This document shows positions 20,619 to 30,895 of a stretch of DNA of 64,000 nucleotides, piece after piece (within the stretch, counting starts at the first letter, position 1; the number at the start of each line of letters is the position of its first letter). The position numbers and the translations under genes are program-made. The stretch is from contig OZ253470.1 of assembly GCA_965261735.1 (NCBI GenBank), forward strand, positions 1,088,001 to 1,152,000. Direction: 5' to 3'. The notes below the pieces were generated by a model. That model made no database searches. It saw only the letters and a program-made list of their open reading frames with translations, and was not told the DNA's origin. The DNA is from Alphaproteobacteria bacterium (GTDB lineage: Bacteria; Pseudomonadota; Alphaproteobacteria; SHVV01).

Positions 20619-21830
20619 ATGGCCGAGGAAGCGACGGGGCCGCTCGCCGGGGTCCGGGTGGCCGAGCTGTGCCACCACCTCGCGGGACCGACCTGCGGCG
20701 TCATGCTGGCCGACATGGGCGCCGAGGTCATCAAGGTCGAGCGCCTTCCAGGCGGCGACGATTCGCGGCGTTCGGTACCGCCGACGATCGACGGCGAATC
20801 GGCCGCCTTCCTGATGATCAACCGCAACAAGCGCGGTATCGCCGTCGACCTCAAGACCGAGGGCGGGCTCGAGGTCGTGCGCCGCCTGATCCGCACGTCC
20901 GACATCGTGACCGAGAACTTCCGCCGCGGCGTCATGGAGAATCTCGGCCTCGGCTTCGAGGCCCTCAGGGCCGAGCACCCGGAGCTCGTCTTCTGCTCGA
21001 TCTCGGGCTTCGGCCGCACCGGCCCCTACGCCGAGCGCCGCGGCTTCGACCTCATCGCGCAGGGCATGAGCGGCCTGATGAGCATCACCGGCGAGGCGCC
21101 GGGCCGCCCGCCGGTGAAGATCGGCGCGCCGGTCACCGACATCACCGCGGGCTTCCTCGCCTCCATAGGCATCCTCGCGGCTTACACCCACAGGTTGCGC
21201 ACCGGCCGCGGCCAGCTCGTCGATACCTCCCTGTTCGAGGCCGGCATCATCCACACCTTCTGGCAATCGGCGATCCAGTTCGCCACCGGCGTGCCGCCCA
21301 CCGCCATGGGCTCGGCCCATCCGCTCAATGCGCCCTACCAGGCGTTCGAGGCCGCCGACGGCTGGATCAACGTCGGCGGCGCCAACCAGCCGCAGTGGCT
21401 CAAGGTGATCGACGTGCTCGGCGCGCCCGAGCTCAACGACGACCCGCGCTTCGGTGACAACGAGAGCCGCATGAACAACCTGGCCGCGCTGCAGGAGGCG
21501 CTGGCCCCCCTGTTCCGCCAGCGCACCCGGGCCGAGTGGCTCACCCGCTTCGATGCCGCCGGCGTCGCCGCCGGGCCGATCCTCGACATCGCCGAAATGC
21601 ACGCGGACGCGCAGGCGCTGGCCCGCGGCATGGTGGTTGAGACCGAGCACGCGCGCCTCGGCCCGGTCAAGACCCTCGGCCCGCCGATCAAGTTCTCGGA
21701 GACCCCACCCAGCGTCCGCCGCCCGGCCCCGGTGTACGGCCAGCACACCCGCGAGGTCCTGGCCGAGCTCGGCTACACCCGCACCGAGATCGACGCCCTC
21801 GTCGCCGAGGGCACGATCGCCGAGGGCTAG
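20619..21830 (+). CDS. CoA-transferase family III (CaiB/BaiF)
   Basis: LADMGAEVIKVE, NRNKRG, ENFRRG, SISGFG and GFDLIAQGMSG. Confidence 0.93.
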   Translation: MAEEATGPLAGVRVAELCHHLAGPTCGVMLADMGAEVIKVERLPGGDDSRRSVPPTIDGESAAFLMINRNKRGIAVDLKTEGGLEVVRRLIRTSDIVTENFRRGVMENLGLGFEALRAEHPELVFCSISGFGRTGPYAERRGFDLIAQGMSGLMSITGEAPGRPPVKIGAPVTDITAGFLASIGILAAYTHRLRTGRGQLVDTSLFEAGIIHTFWQSAIQFATGVPPTAMGSAHPLNAPYQAFEAADGWINVGGANQPQWLKVIDVLGAPELNDDPRFGDNESRMNNLAALQEALAPLFRQRTRAEWLTRFDAAGVAAGPILDIAEMHADAQALARGMVVETEHARLGPVKTLGPPIKFSETPPSVRRPAPVYGQHTREVLAELGYTRTEIDALVAEGTIAEG

Positions 21831-21919
21831 TTCCGGAGCTGTCTCTGCGCCCCGTCAGAGGTCCGGGCTCATGCGGCGGCAGGCTCGGCATGAGGAACTT
21901 GGTCGGGCCCATGGCGAAC

Positions 21920-21947
21920 CTCACCCTGAGCTTGTCGAGGGGTGAGC
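21920..21947. repeat. Short palindromic REP-like element CCTCACCCTGAGCTTGTCGAGGGGTGAG
   Basis: Imperfect hairpin between convergent genes. Only one copy in the window. Confidence 0.45.
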
Positions 21948-22003
21948 GGAACCATGCTCGCGCCAATCACCCGAGCGTCCGGTGGGCGCCCACAGCCGGT
22001 GAG

Positions 22004-22855
22004 TCAGACCGGGCGGTCGCCCTTGACCTGGGTTCGGTGCATGATGCGTTGGGCGGCGGGATCGAAGGGGTCGCGGCGGTGGATGACGCAGCGGTTGTCC
22101 CAAAGCACGAGGTCGCCGGCGCGCCACTGATGCGCCCACACGAACTCGGGCTTCGTGGACCCGGCCCACAGCGTATCGAGTAGCGCTTCGCTGTCGGCGA
22201 GCTCCAGGCCCTCGATATAGCCGTTGCGCCGGCGCCCCAAATAGAGCGCCTTGCGGCCGGTCTCGGGGTGGGTGCGCACGATGGGATGGACGGCGCCCGG
22301 CGCGCTCAGCGCATCGGCCGGCGCCGTCGCGCCCCGGCGCAGGGCACCGACGCTGGTGTAGCTCGAATCATGCTTGGCCCCACGGCCCTCTATGCGCGCC
22401 CGCAAGGGCTGAGGGAGCCGCTCGAAGGCTGCGCACATGTTGGCGAAGTAGGTATCGCCGCCCGCGGCCGGCACTTTGAGCGCGTACAGCAGGCTCGCCA
22501 TCGGCGGCTCGGCGTCGTAGCTCATGTCGGTGTGCCACTCGGCCTCGCCGGCGCCGAGGTCGCCGATCGGCTTGCCGTCGACGACCACGTTGGAGATGAC
22601 CCACACGGGCAGGTCGCGCCCGCCGGCCTTGTCCCTGTTCTCCGACGCCGGCGCCGATTCGAGGTCGCCAAAGTGACGGCTGAAGCGGATGAGATCGTCG
22701 TCCGCGAGCGATTGTGCGCGGAATAGGAGAACACCGTGCGCGAGCCAGGCCGCGCGGATGGCGGCGACGCTCGCCTCATCGAGCCCACGGGCGAGGTCGA
22801 TGACTTGGATCTCGGCGCCGAGGGCCGCCGATAAGGGGCGCACTTCGAGGGGCAT
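22004..22855 (-). CDS. TauD/TfdA family 2-oxoglutarate/Fe(II) dioxygenase
   Basis: WHTDMSY, GGDTYFA, HPIVRTHP, WDNRCVIHR and RIMHR. Confidence 0.92.
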   Translation of the reverse strand: MPLEVRPLSAALGAEIQVIDLARGLDEASVAAIRAAWLAHGVLLFRAQSLADDDLIRFSRHFGDLESAPASENRDKAGGRDLPVWVISNVVVDGKPIGDLGAGEAEWHTDMSYDAEPPMASLLYALKVPAAGGDTYFANMCAAFERLPQPLRARIEGRGAKHDSSYTSVGALRRGATAPADALSAPGAVHPIVRTHPETGRKALYLGRRRNGYIEGLELADSEALLDTLWAGSTKPEFVWAHQWRAGDLVLWDNRCVIHRRDPFDPAAQRIMHRTQVKGDRPV

Positions 22856-23012
22856 GGCCGGCTCCCTTGAACGGCGGTCGCGTGACCCGCTGGTTCGTAA
22901 CACATAATTGATGGTGTCATGTGAAAAGTGGTTTGAACCAGCGGGGTCCAGAGCACATCTAAGCGTCAAAGCATGCGTTTTCGCGGCGTCGGCCGCGACA
23001 AGGAGTCATCAT

Positions 23013-23315
23013 ATGTTTCGTGCGTTTTTGCTGGCCACCTTCCTCGCAGTGGGGGCGGGCGGCCCGGCCTCGGCCGCACCCGAGGATTGCATGGGGTTCT
23101 TGGAGCTCGAGGACTACCTCGACCGGGCGTTCGCCGAAGCCCGCATCGAATCGGGCCTCCTGGAGAACGGCAACCCCGTGTACCTGTTCGTCTCGCGGGC
23201 CGGCTCGTGGACGTTGGTCGAATCGGTGCCCGACGGGCAAGCCTGCGTTCACGCCTCCGGCACCCATTGGCAGCCGCGGCGCGGCGCGGACACCGCCCGG
23301 CGCTCGGCGACCTAG
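23013..23315 (+). CDS. Small secreted hypothetical protein
   Basis: AGGAG RBS, signal peptide (…PASA), two Cys and GSWTLV. Confidence 0.7.
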   Translation: MFRAFLLATFLAVGAGGPASAAPEDCMGFLELEDYLDRAFAEARIESGLLENGNPVYLFVSRAGSWTLVESVPDGQACVHASGTHWQPRRGADTARRSAT

Positions 23316-23348
23316 GGGCGACTGGCGGCGCCCGCTGCCGAGCCTCCC

Positions 23349-23969
23349 TCAGACGATCGGCACCATGATGTGCTGGCGGTAGCCCTCGCGTTCGGTGAGC
23401 CGGGCATGCCAGGCCGCGAGGCGCGGCATCGGTGGGCGCTCGAGCTCCATGTTGAACCAGCGATAGACCCAGGACGCGAGGGGGATGTCGCCCATGGTGA
23501 GCGCCGCGCCGCCGATGAAATCGCGGTCCTCGAGATGGGCGTCGAGAATAGCCAGACACCCCACCGTCTCGCGATGCGCCCGGGCTAGGGCCTCGTTGTC
23601 GCGCTCCTTCGGAGACTGGCGCACCAGGCCTCGAAACAACGGGCGAAACGAGGCGAGCAGCGCGTTCTGCTGCCAGTCCATCCAGCGGTCGGCCTCGGCG
23701 CGCTCGCGCAGGTCGATGGGATAGAGGCTTCCGCGGCCGTAACGGGCCGCGAGATACCGGACGCAGGCATTGGATTCCCAGAGCACGAAGCCGTCGTCGT
23801 CGATCGTCGGCACCACGCCATTGGGATTGAGGGCGAGGTAGTCGGGCTGGTCGTTGCCGCCGAAGGTGCCGGCGATGTCGATGCGCTCGAAGGCGAGGCC
23901 GAGCTCGGCCGCGGTCCACAGCACCTTCTGCACGTTGCTCGAGGCGGCGAAGCCCCAGATCTTCAGCAT
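23349..23969 (-). CDS. Glutathione S-transferase (GstB-like)
   Basis: SSNVQKVLW, LNPNGVVP, LWESNA and DRWMDWQ. Confidence 0.93.
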   Translation of the reverse strand: MLKIWGFAASSNVQKVLWTAAELGLAFERIDIAGTFGGNDQPDYLALNPNGVVPTIDDDGFVLWESNACVRYLAARYGRGSLYPIDLRERAEADRWMDWQQNALLASFRPLFRGLVRQSPKERDNEALARAHRETVGCLAILDAHLEDRDFIGGAALTMGDIPLASWVYRWFNMELERPPMPRLAAWHARLTEREGYRQHIMVPIV

Positions 23970-24045
23970 CCCGGCCTCCCCTCGCTTCCTCCCGGTGGCC
24001 CGATTCTATGCGTTATCGAGGCCGAGGGTCCACCGGCTCAAGTCG

Positions 24046-24642
24046 TTACGATGGGGAGGCGCGCTCCTGGCCGGGCAGACGCGCAAGCTGCAACAGCGCG
24101 ATCGCGTGCAGGATGATCCAGAGGGGGACGATGAAGGTCGGGATCAGGCTGAGCGGCAGCGCGGTCATGACGTCGGAGGTCACCTCGCCGGCGAATATGC
24201 CGATGGCCGAGCTGCCGGTGACCACGGCGGTCGTGATGGCGCCGACAAAATCCAGCAGGCCGGCCACGTTGAGCCACGGGACCCGGCGCCGCCAACCGGC
24301 GCGGCCGGATAGGATCGCGAGCGCAACGAACGGCGCCGCCACCCCGACCGCGAAATCGCCGAAGCCGGCCGGGAAGGCGAAGAGTGCCGGCAGCAATCCG
24401 TGGGCGTAGAGAACGACGAACATGATGCCGACCACGCGCCAGCTTTGCAGCATGGTCAGAAGCCCCAGGTCGAGGCCGAGCACATAGTCGTGGAAGCGGA
24501 CCGAGCCGAGGTAGGTCAGCGCGAAGAGGACCAGCGGACCCACCAGCGCGACCGGCAGCGCGAGCGGTGGCCGCGTTGGCGCCGGCGTGAAGGCGCCGAG
24601 CGCGGCGGCGGCCGCGGCCAGAATCAGCCATACGGCGAGCAC
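24046..24642 (-). CDS. Uncharacterised multi-pass membrane protein; true start may be 24776 with a frameshift
   Basis: About six hydrophobic segments. AG.GD, N..G..D and IPTFIVPL motifs shared with 39054-39541. Confidence 0.75.
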   Translation of the reverse strand: MLAVWLILAAAAAALGAFTPAPTRPPLALPVALVGPLVLFALTYLGSVRFHDYVLGLDLGLLTMLQSWRVVGIMFVVLYAHGLLPALFAFPAGFGDFAVGVAAPFVALAILSGRAGWRRRVPWLNVAGLLDFVGAITTAVVTGSSAIGIFAGEVTSDVMTALPLSLIPTFIVPLWIILHAIALLQLARLPGQERASPS

Positions 24643-24854
24643 GGCATAGGATCGCGCGCCCGGCCAACGCTGGACCGGGGGCGCACGTCTCCGCTGCGCG
24701 TCCCTGGTGGCTCGGGAGCAAGCGCCGAACCCGCCGTTTCCTCCCTTTTGTTCACGCTCGCGTGGGCGTCGCTCATAGGTCCCTACTCCTCGTCAGCATC
24801 CTACCGTCGATATTGTTGTAGATACACTCTTTGAGTGGCAGAACGCAAGATCTC

Positions 24855-24912
24855 GGAGGAAGCGTGCTTGGAGGAAGCGCGCTTGAAGGAGGCGCGCTTG
24901 GAGGAGGCGTGC
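24855..24912. repeat. Imperfect 15-bp tandem repeat (GGAGGAAGCGYGCTT), about 3.8 copies
   Basis: Directly visible in the intergenic region. Confidence 0.8.
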
Positions 24913-24991
24913 GCCTTCGCGTGCGCGGCCCGAGACAAAGCTATAGCGTCGAGCGGCCGGCTCGGATAACGGTGGAGGCACAAGTAGGCCT

Positions 24992-25720
24992 ATGGGGAAA
25001 GCGGTACTCTCTCTCGCTTTTGCGCTCGCGATAGCCGCTCCGGCCCTCGCCGATGAGGCCGACGAGGCCGACGAGCGCCGGCGCCTCGTCGCGGAGATCG
25101 CGGCGGAGGCGGCCAGCGTGCGCCCCTGGACCGGGCGCCAGAAGATCGATGCCCGCGTCCTCGACGTCCTCGCCACGGTGCCGCGCCATCTGTTCGTGCC
25201 GCCAGGGCAGCGCCGCTTCGCCTACGACAACCGGCCGCTCCCCATCGGCCATAGCCAAACGATCTCGCAGCCCCTGATCGTGGCGCTGATGACCGACTTG
25301 CTCGACTTGGAGCCCGGCGACTCGGTGCTCGAGGTCGGCACCGGCTCGGCCTACCAGGCGGCCGTACTGGCCGAGATGGGCGCCCAGGTCCACACCATCG
25401 AGATCATCGAGCCGCTCGGGCGTGAAGCGGCGGAGCGGCTGGCTCGCCTCGGATACGAAGGCGTTCAGACCCGGCTCGGCGACGGCTATTACGGGTGGCC
25501 CGCCGCGGCGCCTTTCGATGCCATCATCGTCACCGCCGCCGCGAGCCACATTCCACCGCCGCTCGTGCGCCAGCTCAAACCGGGCGGGCGCATGGTCATT
25601 CCGGTCGGCGGCAGCTTCCTGACCCAATACCTCATGCTCGTGGAGCGCACGGAGGCAGGTGCCGCCAAGCTGTGGCAGCTCCTCCCGGTGCGATTCGTTC
25701 CACTGACCGGCGGCCATTGA
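24992..25720 (+). CDS. pcm: Protein-L-isoaspartate O-methyltransferase with an N-terminal signal-like peptide
   Basis: VPRHLFVP, QTISQP, VLEVGTGSAYQAA, APFDAIIVTAA and VRFVPL. Confidence 0.93.
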   Translation: MGKAVLSLAFALAIAAPALADEADEADERRRLVAEIAAEAASVRPWTGRQKIDARVLDVLATVPRHLFVPPGQRRFAYDNRPLPIGHSQTISQPLIVALMTDLLDLEPGDSVLEVGTGSAYQAAVLAEMGAQVHTIEIIEPLGREAAERLARLGYEGVQTRLGDGYYGWPAAAPFDAIIVTAAASHIPPPLVRQLKPGGRMVIPVGGSFLTQYLMLVERTEAGAAKLWQLLPVRFVPLTGGH

Positions 25721-25722
25721 CC

Positions 25723-28143
25723 ATGCCCGTAGGCGTGGCCGTGTTCGTCCTCTCGGGCGCCGTCATCGGTTACGAAATCCTGTTGATGCGGCTGTTCTCG
25801 ATCAGCCTGTGGCACCATTTCGCCTACATGATCATCAGCCTGGCGCTGCTCGGGTTCGGCGCCAGCGGCACCTTCGTGGCGCTGGCGCGCGGCTGGTTGC
25901 TCGCCCGTTTCGACGGCGCCTTCGCGACCGCCGCGGCGCTCTTCGGCCTGACCGCCGTGGGCGGCTACGCCCTCGCCCAGCAGGTCCCATTCAACCCGTT
26001 GGAGGTGGTGTGGGATGCGCGCCAGCAGCTCTATCTGCTCGAGCTCTACCTGCTGCTGTCGATCCCCTTCTTCTGTGCCGCGACCGCCATCATCCTGGCG
26101 CTGGCGCGCTCGCCCGACGCCATTCATCTCATCTATCGCTTCGATCTCACGGGTGCCGGCGCTGGCGCGCTGGCGATCATCGCGGCCCTCTTCGTCCTAC
26201 CCGCGGCCCTGTGTCTCAAGCTCCTGGGGAGCGCGGGATTCGTCGCCGCCGCGCTGTCCTGCCTGGCGCGCGAGCGGCGCGGCCTGTGGCACACCGGCGT
26301 CCTGCTCGCGGCGGCCGCCGCACTCCCGGCGCTGTGGCCCGACGCCTCGGTGCGGCCGCGGCTCTCGCCGTTCAAGGAGCTGAGCCAGGCGTTGCGGGTG
26401 CCGGACGCCCGCGTGATTGCCGAACGCTCGAGCCCGCTCGGTCTCCTCAGCGTCGTCGAAAGCCCGACGGTCCCCTTCCGCCACGTCCCCGGCATGAGCC
26501 TGAGCGCCGACGCCGAGCCGCCGCCGCAGCTCGGGGTTTTCGTCGACGGCGGCGCGTTCACCCCCATCACGCGCTGGGACCGCGAGCGCGGGTCGCTCGC
26601 ACACCTCGATTTCCAATCCTCCGCCCTGCCCTACCATCTGGTCGAGCGCCCGCGGGTCCTGGTGCTAGGTGCGGGCGGCGGCGCCGACGTGCTGCTGGCG
26701 CTCTACCACGGTGCCGGCGCGATCGACGCGGTGGAGCTCAACCCGCAAGTGGTCGCGCTCGTCGCGCGCGACTTCGCCGACTACGCCGGGAACCCCTATG
26801 CCGCCCATGGCGTGCGCGTCCACACCGCCGAAGCGCGGCGTTTCGTGGCCAGGAGCGCCGAGAGCTACGACGTGATCCAGGTCGCGCTGCTCGACTCGTT
26901 CAACGCATCGGCGGCCGGCGTCCATGCGCTGAACGAATCCAACCTGTACACCGTCGAAGCACTCGAGGCCTTTCTCGCCCAGCTCGCGCCCGATGGCTAC
27001 CTGGCCATCACGCGCTGGATCAAGCTGCCGCCACGGGATGCGCTCAAGCTCTTCGCCACCGCCGTTGCCGCGCTCGAGGGGCGTGGCGTTGCGCGGCCTG
27101 CCGAGCGGCTGGCGTTGATCCGAAGCTGGAAGACTGCCACCCTGCTGGTCAAGAACGGATCCATGAGCGCCACGGATATCGCGTCAATCACACGATTTGC
27201 GGAGGCCCGCGGGTTCGACCTCGCCTACGCCCCCGGCATCCAACGTTCGCAGGTTAACCGCTACAACATCCTCGAGCGGCCCTACCTGTTCGACGGCGCG
27301 CGGGCGCTGCTGGGCGAGGACCGCGGCGCCTTCATCACCGACTACAAGTTCGACATCGCGCCGGCGACGGACGACCGGCCCTACTTCTTTCACTTCTTCA
27401 AGTGGCGCCCGGTGCCCGAGCTATTGGCGCTCGGCGGGCGCAGTGGGCTCCCCCTCGTGGAATGGGGCTACGTCGTCCTGATTGCGACGTTGGCGCAGGC
27501 GGCGCTCATCAGCGCCGGGCTCATCCTCCTGCCGCTCGCCGTCCGTCGGCGGCAGTCACCCGCCCGCGGGCGCGCCCGCGTGTTCGCCTACTTCCTGGCA
27601 CTCGGGCTCGGCTTCCTGTTCATCGAAATGGCGTTTATCCAGCGCATGACGCTGTTCCTCGGCCACCCGCTCTACGCGGTCGCCGTGGTCCTCGGTGCCT
27701 TCCTGGTGTTCGCCGGTCTGGGAAGCGGCTACGCGGCGCGCTTCGCCGAGCACGAGGCCGCGCGCGCCCGCCCGCCCATGGCGCTCGCCGCCGGCGCCGT
27801 CGCGCTCCTGGCCGTCCTCACACTCGTCCTGCTGCCGCCGCTATTCGACATCCTCCAGGCCGCACCGGCGAGCGCCCGCATCGCGGTCGCCATCGCGCTC
27901 ATAGCGCCCCTCGCCTTCTGTATGGGCCTGCCCTTCCCGCTCGGGCTCGCAAGGCTCGCGGCGTATGCCCCGGAATGGGTGCCCTGGGCCTGGGGCATCA
28001 ATGGCTGCGCCTCGGTATTGAGCGCGGTGCTGGCGACATTGCTCGCGATCCATTTCGGGTTCACGGTGGTCGTGGGGCTCGCCGCGCTGCTTTATGCGCT
28101 GGCCGCCGGCCTACCTCCGCGCGCGCCGCGCACCGCATCGTAG
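25723..28143 (+). CDS. Integral-membrane SAM-binding protein (spermidine synthase-like domain between TM bundles)
   Basis: N- and C-terminal TM clusters, VLVLGAGGG, AVELNP, ATDDRPYF and WAWGINGCASV. Confidence 0.85.
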   Translation: MPVGVAVFVLSGAVIGYEILLMRLFSISLWHHFAYMIISLALLGFGASGTFVALARGWLLARFDGAFATAAALFGLTAVGGYALAQQVPFNPLEVVWDARQQLYLLELYLLLSIPFFCAATAIILALARSPDAIHLIYRFDLTGAGAGALAIIAALFVLPAALCLKLLGSAGFVAAALSCLARERRGLWHTGVLLAAAAALPALWPDASVRPRLSPFKELSQALRVPDARVIAERSSPLGLLSVVESPTVPFRHVPGMSLSADAEPPPQLGVFVDGGAFTPITRWDRERGSLAHLDFQSSALPYHLVERPRVLVLGAGGGADVLLALYHGAGAIDAVELNPQVVALVARDFADYAGNPYAAHGVRVHTAEARRFVARSAESYDVIQVALLDSFNASAAGVHALNESNLYTVEALEAFLAQLAPDGYLAITRWIKLPPRDALKLFATAVAALEGRGVARPAERLALIRSWKTATLLVKNGSMSATDIASITRFAEARGFDLAYAPGIQRSQVNRYNILERPYLFDGARALLGEDRGAFITDYKFDIAPATDDRPYFFHFFKWRPVPELLALGGRSGLPLVEWGYVVLIATLAQAALISAGLILLPLAVRRRQSPARGRARVFAYFLALGLGFLFIEMAFIQRMTLFLGHPLYAVAVVLGAFLVFAGLGSGYAARFAEHEAARARPPMALAAGAVALLAVLTLVLLPPLFDILQAAPASARIAVAIALIAPLAFCMGLPFPLGLARLAAYAPEWVPWAWGINGCASVLSAVLATLLAIHFGFTVVVGLAALLYALAAGLPPRAPRTAS

Positions 28144-28239
28144 GAGCATAGCGCGCCGTTCTTGCCGGCCGCGCGACTCCGGCCCCATACTCCACCTAGC
28201 CACTCGCCTCGCCTGCAACGGCAACCAACGGGGAAATTC

Positions 28240-29646
28240 ATGTCCGACGATATCGCCTTCATGCCGGTCGCCCAACTGCTCGGCGCATTCCGGACCAAGA
28301 GTATCTCGCCGGTCGAAGCGGTCGAGGCGGCGCTGGGGCGGATCGGCGCCCACAACGGCGTGCTCAATGCGTTCTGCCATGTCGATGAGGACGGCGCGCG
28401 GGCAGCGGCGCGGGCCTCCCAAGCGCGCTGGATGAAGGGGGAGCCCCAGGGGCTGCTCGACGGCCTGCCACTGTCGGTCAAGGACTCGTTGATGGTTAAG
28501 GGCATGCCGGCTCGCTACGGCTCGAAGACGACGAGCGCGGATCCGGTCGCGGAGGATACCTCGACCGTGGCCAGCGCACGCCGCCACGGCGCCGTCATCC
28601 TCGGCAAGACGACGACCCCGGAATACGGCCTCGGCGCGGTGACCAACAGCCCGCTCACCGGAATCACACTCAATCCATGGGATACGGACAAGACCTCGGG
28701 AGGCTCCAGCGGCGGCGGCGCGGCGGCGGTCGCCGCCGGCATGGGCAACGCAGCGCTTGGCACCGACGCCGGCGGCTCGATCCGCATACCCGCGTCGCTC
28801 AATGGCTTGGTCGCATTGAAGTCGACCAACGGGCGCATCCCGCAATATCCGCTCACCTGGGTGCCGAGCCTGATGGCGCTCTCGGTGCTCACCCATACGG
28901 TGACCGATTCGGCGCTCATGCTGAACGTCCTCAGCGAGCCCGATCCGCGCGACGCGCCGGCGTTCCCCGCGGACGGCGTCGACTATCTCGAAGGCCTGGA
29001 CGATGGCATCGCGGGCCTGCGCATCGCCTTCAGCGCAACCCTCGGTTATGCCCCGCACGTCAACGCCGAGGTCGCCGAGCTAGCAGCCGCGGCGGCCAGG
29101 AGCTTCGTACAACTCGGCGCAACGGTAGTCGAGACCGATCCCGGCTTCGACAACCCCGGTGCGACCTTCCGCGCCATCCTGTTTCCGAGCTTCGCCCACT
29201 TCGCGCGGCGGTTCACGCCCGATCAGATGGAACTCCTGGGCCCCGCCGCGCGCGATACCGCGAAGGCCGGTGGCGACATGTCGATCGGCGATTACTTGGC
29301 GGCCGACAAGGCGCGCGCGGCGCTGGTGAGCCACATGCATCGCTTCCACCAGACCCATGACCTGCTGCTGACGCCGACCGTGGCGAGCGCCGCCTTCACC
29401 GCGGGGCGCTGGGGACCGGAGGAGTTCGAGGAGATGGGCGACATGCGCGCATGGGCGCCGTTCGGCAACCCCTTCAACCTTACAGGGCAGCCCGCCGCCA
29501 CCGTGCCCTGCGGCTTCAACGCCGAGGGCCTACCGGTGGGCTTGCAGATCGTTGGCGCCCGGTTCGCCGATGCACTGGTGCTGCGTGCGGCCCGCGCCTA
29601 CGAGCAGGCCCACCCTCAATGGGAGCGCCGCCCGCCCCTCGCGTGA
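28240..29646 (+). CDS. Amidase signature family enzyme
   Basis: SVKDS, GKTTTPE, GGSSGG and GTDAGGSIRIPAS. Confidence 0.93.
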   Translation: MSDDIAFMPVAQLLGAFRTKSISPVEAVEAALGRIGAHNGVLNAFCHVDEDGARAAARASQARWMKGEPQGLLDGLPLSVKDSLMVKGMPARYGSKTTSADPVAEDTSTVASARRHGAVILGKTTTPEYGLGAVTNSPLTGITLNPWDTDKTSGGSSGGGAAAVAAGMGNAALGTDAGGSIRIPASLNGLVALKSTNGRIPQYPLTWVPSLMALSVLTHTVTDSALMLNVLSEPDPRDAPAFPADGVDYLEGLDDGIAGLRIAFSATLGYAPHVNAEVAELAAAAARSFVQLGATVVETDPGFDNPGATFRAILFPSFAHFARRFTPDQMELLGPAARDTAKAGGDMSIGDYLAADKARAALVSHMHRFHQTHDLLLTPTVASAAFTAGRWGPEEFEEMGDMRAWAPFGNPFNLTGQPAATVPCGFNAEGLPVGLQIVGARFADALVLRAARAYEQAHPQWERRPPLA

Positions 29647-29650
29647 GGGC

Positions 29651-29743
29651 ACCCCCTCCCAACCTCCCCCATCGAGGGGGAGGGCCAAGAACTGGACATC
29701 GCGCCATGACTCCCCTCCCCTGGTGGGAGGGGGTAGGGGGAGG
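29651..29743. repeat. Palindromic intergenic repeat, copy 2, interrupted at its end by IS1595
   Basis: Similar to 20481-20580. Continues at 30849-30862. Confidence 0.75.
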
Positions 29744-30848
29744 CTTGCCTATCCGGTTAACGCCCATGACCGCTACATGTAGGGTGCCGCCACTCTCCCG
29801 AGTAAAGCTCGGCATAGGTTGGAGCAGAGGTGTCGCCCGCGATGCCGAGCAATGAGCGGAAGGCGTTGAACGGGTAGAACCGCCTGTTGAAGCGGAAGGT
29901 GAACTCGTTGAGGTAGGCTTGTAGGTGCTGGTGGCTAACGCCGTGGTGGATACCGATCAGCCACGTCTTCAGGTTGGCGAAAACCAGATGGATGATCGGC
30001 AGGTATTGCTCGGCAACCTCTGGATCACCACACTCGGCAACAGCGAAGTGCTCATAGCCGCGCTTACCGAGGCCAGCATAGCCGCTCCAATCGTCAGTAA
30101 CGATCAGCGATCGCGGCGCGACGGTGCTCTCGACGAACCCACAGAGCGACTCGGCGCTACGGTCGAGCACGACGGCGAGCCGAACGCGTCCGGCATAGCG
30201 TCCGTCTTTCCGGTTGTCGAGCTTGGTGCCCGGCTTTCGATGACGCACCTCGATGGCACAGGAGACGGGAACCTTGTGGTGAACACCACGGCCTTCCCCA
30301 CGCGTTCGCCCGCCAACCCAGGTTTCGTCCATCTCAACATGGTTCTTGGGCTGTCCACCGATCCTGTCTTGGTTGGGCCGCACCATGCCCGAGCGGAGCT
30401 TGTGGAGAATTTGAAAGGCCGTCTCGTAGCGCGAAAGACCAAGTTGCCGCTGAAACTGCACGGCGGACATGCCGGGCGTCTGACTGGCGACCAGATAAGC
30501 GGCCCAGAACCAGACGTTCAGCGGAGTGTGGCTACGCTCCATCACTGTTCCCACCGTCAGCCCGGTGTTCTGGCGGCACTTGCGGCAGCGCAGGACGCCA
30601 GGGCGGTTTTCAAAGTGGAACGGCTCTCCCGCCGTGCCGCAGTGCGGGCAGGCAAAGCCGTCTCCCCAGCGGGCTTTCTCCAGGTAGGCGGCGCAGGCCG
30701 CATCATCGGGGAAAAGTCGCTGGAACTCGGGTAGCGAATGCGGGAATGGGAGATCGGCGCGGTCGAGAACATCCATGGCGCGCTCCCCTATATCCGGGTT
30801 GCGCCCATTCTAGCCCTAGTGGGTGTGGGTGTAAACCGGATAGGCAAG
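29744..30848 (-). mobile_element. IS1595 ISSod11-like copy C
   Basis: 1105 bp with intact TIRs. TSD GGGGGAGG; the right copy has one extra G in the run. Confidence 0.96.
29757..30776 (-). CDS. IS1595 family transposase
   Basis: 339 aa, near-identical to the other copies. Confidence 0.96.
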   Translation of the reverse strand: MDVLDRADLPFPHSLPEFQRLFPDDAACAAYLEKARWGDGFACPHCGTAGEPFHFENRPGVLRCRKCRQNTGLTVGTVMERSHTPLNVWFWAAYLVASQTPGMSAVQFQRQLGLSRYETAFQILHKLRSGMVRPNQDRIGGQPKNHVEMDETWVGGRTRGEGRGVHHKVPVSCAIEVRHRKPGTKLDNRKDGRYAGRVRLAVVLDRSAESLCGFVESTVAPRSLIVTDDWSGYAGLGKRGYEHFAVAECGDPEVAEQYLPIIHLVFANLKTWLIGIHHGVSHQHLQAYLNEFTFRFNRRFYPFNAFRSLLGIAGDTSAPTYAELYSGEWRHPTCSGHGR

Positions 30849-30895
30849 GGGGGGAGGGGGACGAATAGTGAGTCACCTTCTCTTGCATCCAAGTA

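Noticed and set aside
22905-22925. FNR-like box TTGATGGTGTCAT
   Set aside because: The spacing and second half-site do not fit TTGAT-N4-ATCAA.
24855-24912. Short repeats as a possible CRISPR array
   Set aside because: Tandem units without spacers, and no cas genes in the window.
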